Notes under the pieces: model-generated
The model's input: only the letters and a program-made list of their open reading frames with translations
What the model was told of the DNA's origin: nothing
The model's database searches: none
Made by a program: the position numbers and the translations under genes
Source: Lama guanicoe
Taxonomy: Eukaryota
Assembly: GCA_013239625.1 (NCBI GenBank)
Contig: MU054085.1
Location: 307,007-351,626 of the forward strand
Direction of reading: 5' to 3'
Length of the DNA stretch: 44,620 bases
Shown here: positions 11,471 to 26,284 of the stretch, piece after piece
Numbering within the stretch: position 1 is the stretch's first letter
Layout: every line of letters begins with the position of its first letter

Positions 11471-14400
11471 ATACATTTATGGTTATGAATGACCACTTTG
11501 ACAATTTTGTGATGAATATCTCATTAGTGATTTTGGAATTTACTGCTTTCTGAAGCACATAGTCTATATTTTAACAAAACTCAATGTTAAAAGAATCTTC
11601 TCTATCATAAGTTATTTTGTACCTTCCTGTGGTTCCATACACTAGGTTCTACAACCTATGGCAGAACAGGTTGGATCTCTCTTACATATAACAGCATATC
11701 ACAGGTTTGAAGACAGTTATAAGTCATCCATACTCACATATCATACTCATTTTGTAATCATTCTTTCTTTTAGAATTGATCAATAATTTCCTCTAAAGTC
11801 TTATTTCTACAACTCTTCTAAAGACCGTATCTTATACTTCTTTTGAATTCATCATAAGCTTAGCACAGAGATAATATGTTCAATAAACCCTGATACTTGA
11901 TGGACATAAATCAATACCCATAAAGATTTAAGTAACCACCCATACATTAACTTCCTCATTGAGATATTGCTCATGAAGATTAATAAAAAGAACACATTTT
12001 CAATTTACAAATTTATACTCTACAGAAGTATTAATAGAAAATTTGAAAATGTTATTAGTTGCTTGCAAACTGTTGAAAAGATTTAAAATATATTTTACAT
12101 GTGGTCAAACAGCTTATTAGCAAAAGAACATGTTATGCACCCAAGAACTGTTACTTCCACACAGTGGAGTTTTTGTCATATTACGGTCCAGTGTTTTAAA
12201 CAAAATTGTTATAAATCATAGAATTTGACTTTTGAAATAAACGGGAAAGTTAGCGTAGTGTTCTATTTACAAACTGGTAATTAAAACAGGTTTTCTTTTA
12301 ACTGCCATTTTGTGGGAAGGGAAGTCTACATCTTTTTCAACTTCAGTTAAACATAATTTCATGTTACTTTAAAAACTAAACTAAAATGCAGCTTGATACT
12401 ATTAATATGATCACTAGCTATTGAACATATTATAGTAGAACTCACTATAATATGGCAAAAAAGTAGCAGCAGTGGCTATAGATGCTTATAACATATTTTA
12501 CTCCATGAGATGATACAGTCATCTAAATTTTTGCCAGGAAGAACTACAAAAGAGAGTTTATAATTATTATATATATATATATATATGGAAACTTTTCCAG
12601 AAGAATATATTCACATTTTTTACTTAGAAATATCAACCACCAAGGCTGCTCATTAACAGCTAAGAGAACTTGGCTACATATTAGAAAATGAATAGAAATA
12701 TTCTACCATAATATATAAGAAAAAATGTTTAAAAATGTTATCCAGACTAAAACACATTTTAATGATTATTTTTAGTAGTATAACTATAAACTTCTTGAAG
12801 AAGAAAACCCAACTGTGTTTATCATATACATTAACCTATCATATACATGACCTAATACAAGGCTTTGCATACATTAGCCTCTCATAAACTATGAGTAAAT
12901 GAAAGGATGAATGATTACTAGTCTAGCAATATGAAGGCTGGGTTTTCATATAACCTCTTCCAGACCATAATCTCCTGTATAAAATAATGGTGTCGTATTA
13001 GATGATCTGAAAGATTCCACCTATTTTAAAATACATAATCCTAGAAATACATGACTCTTTACTTACAATTTTTAAATCATATTACATATTTCTGGCTATT
13101 TTTAAGTCAACTTTGAATTGAAATCTATTAGGGCTAAAATAATGAACTATAGGGTTTAGAGATTATTGAAAATATTTTTAAGTAAATATTAAGAAATAAT
13201 TTCAAAAGAGATCTTACAGTTAAGGCAACAAACTATTCTGGTGAAATTTAAAATATCACTAGATATTATGTTATCTAATTTTAAACATCTGAATATTCCC
13301 TAAACTAAAAACATCAATTGTTTTTAGGTTTATTTATACAAATGTAAGTATTCCTTAAAACGTAGTTGAACATGTCCTTTATTTATTTTGGTTTAGATTC
13401 ATCATGTTTCTATTCGGCATAAGTATCTACTTAAAGCATTTTTAATATATCCTAGCAATATAAACACGATTTACTAGTTTGAAACTTTTGTTTATCTCTC
13501 AAGAATTTGTTCAAATATCCTCTGTACAGCCTTGGTTGACTTTGACATTTAGAGGTAGTCAGTCCCTATCCTTCACTTCAATAATATTTAAAAAATGCTA
13601 CTGTGGCAGTGTTTCTTATAATAACCTTATAATTACTTTTTTAAAGTTATATAGACTACTTGATGTCAGCCTGCACTACTCATTTTTATATTCCTATCAG
13701 CACAATGTCATGCACATAGCAAGAATTAAAACATATTTGGTGAAAATAATAAAAAAAATAATACATTTATGGTTATGAATGACCACTTTGACAATTTTGT
13801 GATGAATATCTCATTAGTGATTTTGGAATTTACTGCTTTCTGAAGCACATAGTCTATATTTTAACAAAACTCAATGTTAAAAGAATCTTCTCTATCATAA
13901 GTTATTTTGTACCTTCCTGTGGTTCCATACACTAGGTTCTACAACCTATGGCAGAACAGGTTGGATCTCTCTTACATATAACAGCATATCACAGGTTTGA
14001 AGACAGTTATAAGTCATCCATACTCACATATCATACTCATTTTGTAATCATTCTTTCTTTTAGAATTGATCAATAATTTCCTCTAAAGTCTTATTTCTAC
14101 AACTCTTCTAAAGACCGTATCTTATACTTCTTTTGAATTCATCATAAGCTTAGCACAGAGATAATATGTTCAATAAACCCTGATACTTGATGGACATAAA
14201 TCAATACCCATAAAGATTTAAGTAACCACCCATACATTAACTTCCTCATTGAGATATTGCTCATGAAGATTAATAAAAAGAACACATTTTCAATTTACAA
14301 ATTTATACTCTACAGAAGTATTAATAGAAAATTTGAAAATGTTATTAGTTGCTTGCAAACTGTTGAAAAGATTTAAAATATATTTTACATGTGGTCAAAC

Positions 14401-16040
14401 AGCTTATTAGCAAAAGAACATGTTATGCACCCAAGAACTGTTACTTCCACACAGTGGAGTTTTTGTCATATTACGGTCCAGTGTTTTAAACAAAATTGTT
14501 ATAAATCATAGAATTTGACTTTTGAAATAAACGGGAAAGTTAGCGTAGTGTTCTATTTACAAACTGGTAATTAAAACAGGTTTTCTTTTAACTGCCATTT
14601 TGTGGGAAGGGAAGTCTACATCTTTTTCAACTTCAGTTAAACATAATTTCATGTTACTTTAAAAACTAAACTAAAATGCAGCTTGATACTATTAATATGA
14701 TCACTAGCTATTGAACATATTATAGTAGAACTCACTATAATATGGCAAAAAAGTAGCAGCAGTGGCTATAGATGCTTATAACATATTTTACTCCATGAGA
14801 TGATACAGTCATCTAAATTTTTGCCAGGAAGAACTACAAAAGAGAGTTTATAATTATTATATATATATATATGGAAACTTTTCCAGAAGAACATATTCAC
14901 ATTTTTTACTTAGAAATATGAACCAACAAGGCTGCTCATTAACAGCTAAGAGAACTTGGCTACATATTGGAAAACGAATAGAAATATTCTACCATAATAT
15001 ATAAGAAAAAATGTTTAAAAATGTTATCCAGACTAAAACACATTTTAATGATTATTTTTAGTAGTATAACTATAAACTTCTTGAAGAAGAAAACCCAACT
15101 GTGTTTATCATATACATTATCATATACATGACCTAATACAAGGCTTTGCATACATTAGCCTCTCATAAACTATGAGTAAATGAAAGGATGAATGATTACT
15201 AGTCTAGCAATATGAAGGCTGGGTTTTCATATAACCTCTTCCAGACCATAATCTCCTGTATAAAATAATGGTGTCGTATTAGATGATCTGAAAGATTCCA
15301 CCTATTTTAAAATACATAATCCTAGAAATACATGACTCTTTACTTACAATTTTTAAATCATATTACATATTTCTGGCTATTTTTAAGTCAACTTTGAATT
15401 GAAATCTATTAGGGCTAAAATAATGAACTATAGGGTTTAGAGATTATTGAAAATATTTTTAAGTAAATATTAAGAAATAATTTCAAAAGAGATCTTACAG
15501 TTAAGGCAACAAACTATTCTGGTGAAATTTAAAATATCACTAGATATTATGTTATCTAATTTTAAACATCTGAATATTCCCTAAACTAAAAACATCAATT
15601 GTTTTTAGGTTTATTTATACAAATGTAAGTATTCCTTAAAACGTAGTTGAACATGTCCTTTATTTATTTTGGTTTAGATTCATCATGTTTCTATTCGGCA
15701 TAAGTATCTACTTAAAGCATTTTTAATATATCCTAGCAATATAAACACGATTTACTAGTTTGAAACTTTTGTTTATCTCTCAAGAATTTGTTCAAATATC
15801 CTCTGTACAGCCTTGGTTGACTTTGACATTTAGAGGTAGTCAGTCCCTATCCTTCACTTCAATAATATTTAAAAAATGCTACTGTGGCAGTGTTTCTTAT
15901 AATAACCTTATAATTACTTTTTTAAAGTTATATAGACTACTTGATGTCAGCCTGCACTACTCATTTTTATATTCCTATCAGCACAATGTCATGCACATAG
16001 CAAGAATTAAAACATATTTGGTGAAAATAATAAAAAAAAT
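11471..16040. repeat. Near-identical tandem duplication, unit ~2.29 kb (11471-13760 and 13761-16040)
   Basis: Both copies start atacatttatggttatgaatgacc (offset 2290, falling to 2281 after two small indels). The same spurious ORF appears at 13479 and 15760. Confidence 0.98.
11623..11655 (-). other. Candidate 33-nt micro-exon (VVEPSVWNHRK in phase 0); second copy at 13913-13945
   Basis: cctgttctgccatag|GTTGTAGAACC...CACAGGAAG|gtacaa on the minus strand. The donor is weak. Confidence 0.3.
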
Positions 16041-16074
16041 TAGTATTTGTTAAACACAATTCAGAAATGTGCTA

Positions 16075-16430
16075 AACTTTCTTCACGTAACTACCTACGA
16101 GGTAGGTATTCTCATTTACTAAGAAGTTGCAGATTTGAGAGCTGAAGTTATTCCTCAAGATCACACAGCTAACAAAGGGCAGAGAACAGACTCAGCCTCG
16201 TTCTGTGACCTCAAAACTAATCAGCTATTTGTTTTTATCTTTCTAATGGGAAAAAATACTTGAGAGTGTTTTTTGGGATTTCCACCCAATATCATGTTTA
16301 ATCCTCATTACAACCCTAATGTAATAATGACACTCTTTTATGGATATGAAATTTGGGCCCTAATTTCATGGTGACCTGCAAAGGGTCTCACACATATTAA
16401 GCGACAAAGGTGGAGACTAAAATCCAGTCC
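16075..16430 (-). mobile_element. Two adjacent MIR SINE fragments
   Basis: MIR core-like motifs gaggtaggtatt...caagatcacacagcta and tttaatcctcattacaaccct...ttttatggatatgaaa. Confidence 0.7.
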
Positions 16431-16494
16431 GTGAACTACTGGACACTAATAAAGGGAAGCCTGGTGTTAATGCACCGTTTAAAGTAGATCTAAG

Positions 16495-17528
<1,034 letters not shown>

Positions 17529-20500
17529 NNNNNNNNNNNNNNNNNNNNNNNNNNNNTTTATTAGTATTTTCTCTTTTACTTCTTTTCACTTTGATGTCAG
17601 AGACAATGGAGAAAACTGGAAAGGGTTTTCTTTTACTGCAAATAAGCAGAAACTGAAAAAAGCATTTTAAGAAGACAGCTTGAATTACTGATGTTTTAAC
17701 TATAATACTATAGGAAAACTAATTGGACTGGCACTCTATAGTGAATTGAATATATCCTTGATGAATATTCCAAGTTTTTTCCAAATTATTCATTAATTGC
17801 ACAACTATTATTTATAAAAACTAATTATGGTGATTTAAGATTTAATTTATCATAAATTAATATACAGATTTGAATCCACACATNNNNNNNNNNNNNNNNN
17901 NNNNNNNNNNNNNNNNNNNNNNNNNNNNNNNNNNNNNNNNNNNNNNNNNNNNNNNNNNNNNNNNNNNNNNNNNNNNNNNNNNNNNNNNNNNNNNNNNNNN
18001 NNNNNNNNNNNNNNNNNNNNNNNNNNNNNNNNNNNNNNNNNNNNNNNNNNNNNNNNNNNNNNNNNNNNNNNNNNNNNNNNNNNNNNNNNNNNNNNNNNNN
18101 NNNNNNNNNNNNNNNNNNNNNNNNNNNNNNNNNNNNNNNNNNNNNNNNNNNNNNNNNNNNNNNNNNNNNNNNNNNNNNNNNNNNNNNNNNNNNNNNNNNN
18201 NNNNNNNNNNNNNNNNNNNNNNNNNNTTTGAAGTGGTAATAAAATCAGTAATATAATAAAATGAGAATACTGTTGCCTTTCAAAGGGATTAAAAACACTG
18301 CTCTTTTTATAACTGTGACAAATTGAAGTAGTTATCCTTAAAACTGAACTGAAATNNNNNNNNNNNNNNNNNNNNNNNNNNNNNNNNNNNNNNNNNNNNN
18401 NNNNNNNNNNNNNNNNNNNNNNNNNNNNNNNNNNNNNNNNNNNNNNNNNNNNNNNNNNNNNNNNNNNNNNNNNNNNNNNNNNNNNNNNNNNNNNNNNNNN
18501 NNNNNNNNNNNNNNNNNNNNNNNNNNNNNNNNNNNNNNNNNNNNNNNNNNNNNNNNNNNNNNNNNNNNNNNNNNNNNNNNNNNNNNNNNNNNNNNNNNNN
18601 NNNNNNNNNNNNNNNNNNNNNNNNNNNNNNNNNNNNNNNNNNNNNNNNNNNNNNNNNNNNNNNNNNNNNNNNNNNNNNNNNNNNNNNNNNNNNNNNNNNN
18701 NNNNNNNNNNNNNNNNNNNNNNNNNNNNNNNNNNNNNNNNNNNNNNNNNNNNNNNNNNNNNNNNNNNNNNNNNNNNNNNNNNNNNNNNNNNNNNNNNNNN
18801 NNNNNNNNNNNNNNNNNNNNNNNNNNNNNNNNNNNNNNNNNNNNNNNNNNNNNNNNNNNNNNNNNNNNNNNNNNNNNNNNNNNNNNNNNNNNNNNNNNNN
18901 NNNNNNNNNNNNNNNNNNNNNNNNNNNNNNNNNNNNNNNNNNNNNNNNNNNNNNNNNNNNNNNNNNNNNNNNNNNNNNNNNNNNNNNNNNNNNNNNNNNN
19001 NNNNNNNNNNNNNNNNNNNNNNNNNNNNNNNNNNNNNNNNNNNNNNNNNNNNNNNNNNNNNNNNNNNNNNNNNNNNNNNNNNNNNNNNNNNNNNNNNNNN
19101 NNNNNNNNNNNNNNNNNNNNNNNNNNNNNNNNNNNNNNNNNNNNNNNNNNNNNNNNNNNNNNNNNNNNNNNNNNNNNNNNNNNNNNNNNNNNNNNNNNNN
19201 NNNNNNNNNNNNNNNNNNNNNNNNNNNNNNNNNNNNNNNNNNNNNNNNNNNNNNNNNNNNNNNNNNNNNNNNNNNNNNNNNNNNNNNNNNNNNNNNNNNN
19301 NNNNNNNNNNNNNNNNNNNNNAAGTATAATAATGTAATTCACTGAATAATGAGTATAACATTTAAAATGTCTTCCATACACATAATTTAAATATCAATAA
19401 TTGAAAAATAATTTTTCCAAGTTAGATGGGCACCATTGAATTAGTGTCATATTCGGAAACACTATTTTAGAAAAATATGGGTGAAACAAGTCTAAATGCT
19501 CTAAATGGTATCAAACAGCATTGGGAGATTATGACAACAACTGAAAAATTTGAGCACTGATTTGGAATTTACCTAGGATATAAACTTGATGCTTAATTGA
19601 AATTTAGTTGACTATAATTCAAAATTTTAGACTGAGTAATTTTCAAATCATTTTAATCTAATAATTGACAACTACTTATTCTCTTTTCAATCTAAATTTT
19701 ATGAAATACTGATTTGTAGCCCCGGAGTTTCTCACATCACTTGATGGCAAACTTTGGCTAAAGCAGAATTTGTATTATTAGTTGATAAATAATAACTTAT
19801 GTCTCCAAATTACCCAACTTTTATTCAGTGGGTAATAAAATGAATATAGGGATGTTTGTCGATGTTAGTTCATGCAATTGTCTAGAGTGAAAACACTAAA
19901 CGGAAGAGCTTGTTTCTTAATCAATATTTTCATAATATTTACACATTTTTATTTTCTGGTAATAAGAAGATCTGTCTACATGATTAAGGAAATCATAAAT
20001 TTTATAATGTCCCTATAGCCAGGTAAATGGAAATATTCATGGTAGGAGAATGAATAGAGAGGCAGGGTGGTATCAATTTAACCCTTTTAAGGAGCATACT
20101 GCATGCTAAGAATTCATTTTAGAATGCTTCTTACTAAAGAGCATTGAAGTAAGTACTTTCAGTATGAATTCTGATGAAAATAACCTTCTGAGATATTTAC
20201 ATATGATTTTCAGTCAACTTATGTGAAGATGCCTTGATTTTTCTCCCTAGTGTGTACTAAGCATTGAATGGTTTTCCATTACTTATATGATGCTCTATAT
20301 AAACCATGCCTAAACATATTACATAAACCATAGCCATTATGGAGAATATATTATTACTAATTGGAAGTGGAGTTGGAGTAGATATTTTGTACTTGAAATA
20401 GGTTCAAAGAATTAATATTTTCACTGATGTATATATTGATACAAATAACATCTCTTTACTTTTTGAAACTACATTGAATTTTTTTCCTAAATTATTCATG

Positions 20501-21554
20501 GAAACTTGCTACCAAGAAACAGAAAAAAGTATGCTTGCCACACTTCCTAACTTTAGCTTTTTATTAATGACTAGAAAATTACCAATATATGATTTGGCTC
20601 TGTGGTATTTTAATCTCTAAAAATTAAAGTGGGAAGTTAAGGAATAATTAAATTTGGAGCCATAATATTAATGAATACCTGTCACCTTTTCAAAATGAGA
20701 AATCTATTCTCATTTAAATCATTGGTCAGGCAATAGGTATTTCAGAAATAGTACAGTAAGCTATATAAGATATTCACCAGACATAATGTTTCCATTTTTT
20801 TCCAATCAAATTATCTATTTTCTCAATAATTAATTAGCATTTGTGTGACATAAAAAATTCATGCAAATTCTGAAAATTACTACATAAGATAAATCATCAG
20901 TGGGTAAATATGTGCACTTATTAATAGAAAATGGCTATTTGATTTTTATGTTATCTCAATATCATAACTGGTATGTAATAAGCAATAGGTTCTTAGTACT
21001 TATTTTTACTATCCTTTATGCATTATTTTCTTTCTATTTTTACCCCCTCTTCCCTCTAACATTTGTATTGCACTTTGGTTTGTTTTATTCTAATTTTTGT
21101 GCTTTCAAATTATTTAGGTTCTTGCTGTTACTGTCTATAATTTTCAGCTACTTTTAACTTTTTCTTTTGCTTCCTACACCTTGGCTTTGTTTCAGCTCAT
21201 TCTCTAATTAGAATCATTAACAAAATATAGCTTTGGCTGTAACTAAATGGGCACAAGTAAAATAACATCCAATAAGTCTATGAGTTACAGCTGTAAGCTC
21301 TTTAGTTCTTCCTATCTGTTCAGCATTTCTTGGTCTTCTCCTTGTACTTTGTGTATCTGCTTGATGAGGAGAGGGTCCATCCTTTGATATGTGGGGGTCC
21401 AGACCTGAATTTCTGAGATTCGTAACTTGCGCTCGCTGTTCCTCGGAAATTCTATGGATGGTGACAGCTGTACCACTGGATACAGTAACATCTGCAGATG
21501 TGCTGGCAACAGCAGTAACACCAGTGGCAGTCCTGTTGTGCTCCTCTGACTCAC

Positions 21555-21587
21555 CAGTGGAGGTTGTGTGGGTCATTGTAGAAGAAC
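21555..21587 (-). other. Candidate 33-nt micro-exon (GSSTMTHTTST, phase 1-1) with an open Ser/Thr-rich read-through to 21217
   Basis: actgtgtcccacag|GTTCTTCTACAATGACCCACACAACCTCCACTG|gtgagt. The frame stays open for ~110 more codons in locally GC-richer sequence. Confidence 0.45.
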
Positions 21588-21816
21588 CTGTGGGACACAG
21601 TAGCACTACATGCTAACTTTTTCTTTTAAATTTTGTTTTTATTTCTGATAAGTTTAATAAACTATATTCCCTTCTATTACCTTAAGGATAATCAACATGA
21701 AGAGGCAAACCATAAACAAGCCACTAAAATGTGAAGCAACCGGATCTGATGGTTGGTTTGTATCAACCAACTATGAATAGATATTACACAAAAACATACC
21801 ATCAGAAACACATTAG

Positions 21817-23636
21817 CGTCGCATCTACCTCAAGGGCACCCGCGTGGACTTGTCCAACTATTTGCCTCAGCTCTTCTGGAACGTGGGCTGTCAGCTTATT
21901 GCACTCAACTTTCAGACCCTGGATGTAGCGATGCAACTCCTTGCGGGCGTGTTCGAGTACAGGGGGTGCAGTGGCTACCTGCTCAAACTCGAGTTCGTGC
22001 AGCGGCCGGACAAGTCCTGTGACCCCTTCACCGAGGTCATCGTGGATGGCATCGTGGCCAATGCCTTACGGGTCAAGGTGATCTCGGATCAGTTTCTGTC
22101 CGACAGGAAGATGGGCATCTACATGGAGGTGGGTATGTTTGGCCTCCCTATTGACAGGCGGCCCAAGTACCCTACGCGGACCTCTCAGGGGAACTCGTTC
22201 AACCCAGTGTGGGAGGAGGAGCCCTTCGACTTCCCCAAGGCGGTGCTGCCCACGCTGGCTTCGCTGCGCATCGCGGCCTTTGAGAAGGGCGGCAGGTTCC
22301 TGGGGCACCGGATCCTGCCCATCTCTGCCGTCCGCTCAGGGTACCACTAAATCTGCCTGCAGAACGAGGCCAACCAGTCGCTTTGCCTGCCAGCCCTGCA
22401 CATCTACACCGAGGCATCCACTCATCCCTGATGACCACCAGGACGTCGCAGAGGCCCTCATCAACCCCATCAAGCATGTTGGCCTGGTGGACCAGAGCCA
22501 AGCAGCTGGCCGTCCTCCCTGGGGAGAGTGAGGCTCAGGCTGGCCCAGAGACATGCCAAGAGACCCAGCCTCAGCAGCTGGGGCCCCAGCTGACCCCAAA
22601 TCTTACACCCAGCCCCCTGGATGTCTCCCTCCGCCGGCCCTCAGGCCCTGCCACCTCCCCCACCAGCGCCTCCATCAGCAGCCCACGTCAGCGCCACGAC
22701 CTCATTGCCAGCATCCTCTCAGAGGTGGCCCTGGTCCCATGGGTTGAGCTCCGAGGCCATAAAGCCCTGGTGAAGCTCTGGAGCCGGCAGGAGCGAGACC
22801 TGTGGGAGCTGTGCAAGCAGCATCAGCGGAAGGCGGGCNNNNNNNNNNNNNNNNNNNNNNNNNNNNNNNNNNNNNNNNNNNNNNNNNNNNNNNNNNNNNN
22901 NNNNNNNNNNNNNNNNNNNNNNNNNNNNNNNNNNNNNNNNNNNNNNNNNNNNNNNNNNNNNNNNNNNNNNNNNNNNNNNNNNNNNNNNNNNNNNNNNNNN
23001 NNNNNNNNNNNNNNNNNNNNNNNNNNNNNNNNNNNNNNNNNNNNNNNNNNNNNNNNNNNNNNNNNNNNNNNNNNNNNNNNNNNNNNNNNNNNNNNNNNTG
23101 AGTCAGTCAATCCGTCGGCTGGAGGCGGCCCAGAAGCAGCGGCACGAATGCCTTGGGCAGGGCAGCAGCAGGGCCTACAACAGCTGGTGGAAGAGGAGCC
23201 CCAGCTGCTGGCCCTGCTGTGCTGNNNNNNNNNNNNNNNNNNNNNNNNNNNNNNNNNNNNNNNNNNNNNNNNNNNNNNNNNNNNNNNNNNNNNNNNNNNN
23301 NNNNNNNNNNNNNNNNNNNNNNNNNNNNNNNNNNNNNNNNNNNNNNNNNNNNNNNNNNNNNNNNNNNNNNNNNNNNNNNNNNNNNNNNNNNNNNNNNNNN
23401 NNNNNNNNNNNNNNNNNNNNNNNNNNNNNNNNNNNNNNNNNNNNNNNNNNNNNNNNNNNNNNNNNNNNNNNNNNNNNNNNNNNNNNNNNNNNNNNNNNNN
23501 NNNNNNNNNNNNNNNNNNNNNNNNNNNNNNNNNNNNNNNNNNNNNNNNNNNNNNNNNNNNNNNNNNNNNNNNNNNNNNNNNNNNNNNNNNNNTTTTTTTT
23601 TTACATGAATAAAAGTGGATTTCAGGGGGGAAAAAA
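21817..23636 (+). pseudogene. PLCB3: 5'-truncated processed pseudogene of phospholipase C beta 3 (end of Y box, C2 domain, C-terminal region, 3'UTR)
   Basis: Intronless match ([66 protein letters not shown]). Premature TAA at 22348-22350 plus frameshifts. AATAAA at 23608-23613, A-tail at 23631-23637, and a perfect 13-bp TSD agaaacacattag at 21804-21816 and 23637-23649. Two internal N gaps. Confidence 0.97.
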
Positions 23637-25959
23637 AGAAACACATTAGAAAGAAAAAGTGAAATAGTAAGCCATTTATATGGCCTTGAATCAATCTTCA
23701 TTATTTATCTATAGATAGTTTTTAGCAACGAACGCCTGGCAAGTGACAAGTTTTGACAGAATGTGTAACTATGTAACCACACTTTTCTCAAAAGTATGCT
23801 TTGAATAGTCTTGTTATAGTGCTTCATAATTTCTGGGGAAATATCAAAATTTTCTATATTTAGACAACAAGTGAAGAAAGGAGAATTTACAATAAAAGCC
23901 AAAATGAAAATAAAATGATATAAAAAATGAAACTCTGAAATAACTACTCTATGTAAAGTCTGTCTTAACCTCATTTGCCAGAAAGTAGCCAGCCATGATA
24001 AAACACTCAATGTCTTGTGCTACATATACTTTAGAATTTAGTAGGTTGCTTTGAAAATTGAGTAGTATTTTTCAGAGCTTTAAGTAAATCTTGAGATTAA
24101 CCAATTTTCAACTAATTAAAATGTTAAAATCATTTTATTTAGAAATGATTGAAAATTAACTATAGCATAGAACTTTTATTCATACAAAACTAGCATCAAA
24201 GATGGTTCAAATTTTCCAAATATCTCATGTTACAGTAATTCTCCACATTCTTAACTTTATTAAAATTTCACTATAATTTAAAAATTGTTTTAAAGTTGTG
24301 AAATTAAAGTTTTATTTTTTCCTTTCACTTAAACTTTTTCAAAGATTGTCCTTGGTAGTATATAATTCTTACATAATAAAAAAAAGGAACTTTATGATAA
24401 AAGCATAAAACTGAATGAAGACATATTTAGAGGAATCCTGATAGCTAAAATGCTTAATGAGAAAAAAAGGCATTGAATTTTGGAGGAACAGCTACTAATT
24501 AGGAATAACAGTCAGGCCCCGGTTAGAAAACTTCTGAGCACCTTTTAAAGCCCATGAGTGGTACATGTTGCATACACTTGTCTTCTCAATGCACTGAATT
24601 TCAAAATTCTGTCCACAATGAATAATTAGATATTTTAGACAAAAATACATAGGAATATTTTAACCACTTTACAAGAGAAAAAATAGCTGTATCATATAAT
24701 GTGGTTTGATCATGCTTTGCCTTTTTTCTTTTCCTTTTTTTTTTTTTTTGCTATAGGCAGATGATTAGTAGGACTAGTAATTATGGTTTCTACTTTAAAC
24801 TCAAAAAGGAAGTCAAACCTGGGACCCCTGATTCACAAACAAGAAAAAGATCATGTGGCTATTAACAATTCTTCCTGCCTGGATTGTCATATCTTGTTTT
24901 AATTTGATTTAGAAATTCAAAAGAATTAAATGATTATATTTTGAGGCAGCCATGGGTAATGAAGTATGACAATTATCAGATTATTTTAAAGACTTTTAAT
25001 ATATTTTAAAGCATTAATCTGAAAAAAGTTGCCATTGAATATTTATCCAAGCTATTTTGTGAAGATTAAAACCTACTAAATTCATGTTTATCATGCAAAT
25101 TGGTCAGTAATATTTACTAAGGTAATATTTGGTAAAGGCTTTTTAAATCACATGATTAAGCAATAACTACATTTACATTAACATTCAGTAATTGATCTCA
25201 TGGTAAATCAGATATTTTGATGTCCTCATGCTCCATACTATAAAAAGTTACCTGGCCCATATTATTCTCCTGAGGAATTTAATTGCACCTCTCATGTTTG
25301 AAAAGAAGATGTGATATGATGAAAAACTAATACTTTAGAACTAACTTTATCATAATTTCTGGGCTTTCAGGTTTAATTTAAAGAAGGAAGCCATTTAACT
25401 ATAGACATATGTTACTAAAAGCAATCTAAAAGTATGAAAAATAATGAAATGTATAATCAGTCTCAAATCTCAGTGTTTCTACCTTTAACAAGGAAGTAAA
25501 CTGAATAGCTATTTATTACATTCCATCAGCAAAGTTCATTACAATTAATCTTAAATAATCTCCTGTATTTGGGTCAATAATCCTGTGCTAATTCTTGGGA
25601 CTGTATCTAGGTTCCTTCTATAACTAATCAAGATTTGCAGAACAATTCCAAATACCCATTTTCTTGAAGACTCCAGAGGGGCCCCTGACCAAATTTGTGA
25701 ATTAGAATTGGTCTTTGGTAGCATTTAGATAAAGGATTTGCCAGCAATTCCAATCTTAAAACTTTCAATAATAGTGTTGTACTTTTGGCCAATGGTAGTG
25801 ATGATTCAGTACTATTCTCTTACCTAAATGCAGAGCAGGGTGTAATTTTTGAGTAAAGCATTGAAAAAGCCCATTGATTCAATAACCATAGTCTAGCTAT
25901 ATATTTCAACCAGGTATTTTTCTAAACAGTCTTTGTCTTACTTATATGTTGTGCACATA

Positions 25960-26110
25960 TTTTTCCTCCCCATTTTACAATGCAAGCCCCCTGAAGGCAG
26001 AGAGAGTTTTATAAATTCCATTCATCGATGAACCTCTAGTATCTAGAACTGGTGCATAGTAGATGCTCAAGAAATATTCCTCAAAAGAAAAACTAAATGG
26101 ATGAATGAAC
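25960..26110 (+). mobile_element. L2 3'-end fragment
   Basis: tgcaagccccctgaaggcagaga...tgcatagtagatgctcaagaaatatt...atgaatgaa, a typical L2 tail. Confidence 0.7.
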
Positions 26111-26284
26111 TTAATAATAGCTCTAATATAATATTAACAATAATAAAATACATTTCACAAATAAAACATGATTATAATTTTTACCATGGTAAATATTTTA
26201 AACAGTATAATGAAGTGAAGAATAATTCCAAACCAAAGAAAAACTGATGGTTTTGTTTTGAACTTTCAAAAACATCACTTTGAA

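Noticed and set aside
13479..16053. Twin 97-99 aa ORFs (MKLLFISQEF...)
   Set aside because: TTG-started chance ORF repeated only because of the tandem duplication; no recognisable protein features.
21844..22350. 168-aa PLCB3 ORF as a functional protein
   Set aside because: 5'-truncated retrocopy with a GTG start, a premature stop, downstream frameshifts and no X box.
25252..25269. Possible 18-nt minus-strand micro-exon (cctcag|GAGAATAATATGGGCCAG|gtaact)
   Set aside because: Poor polypyrimidine tract; cannot be told from chance.
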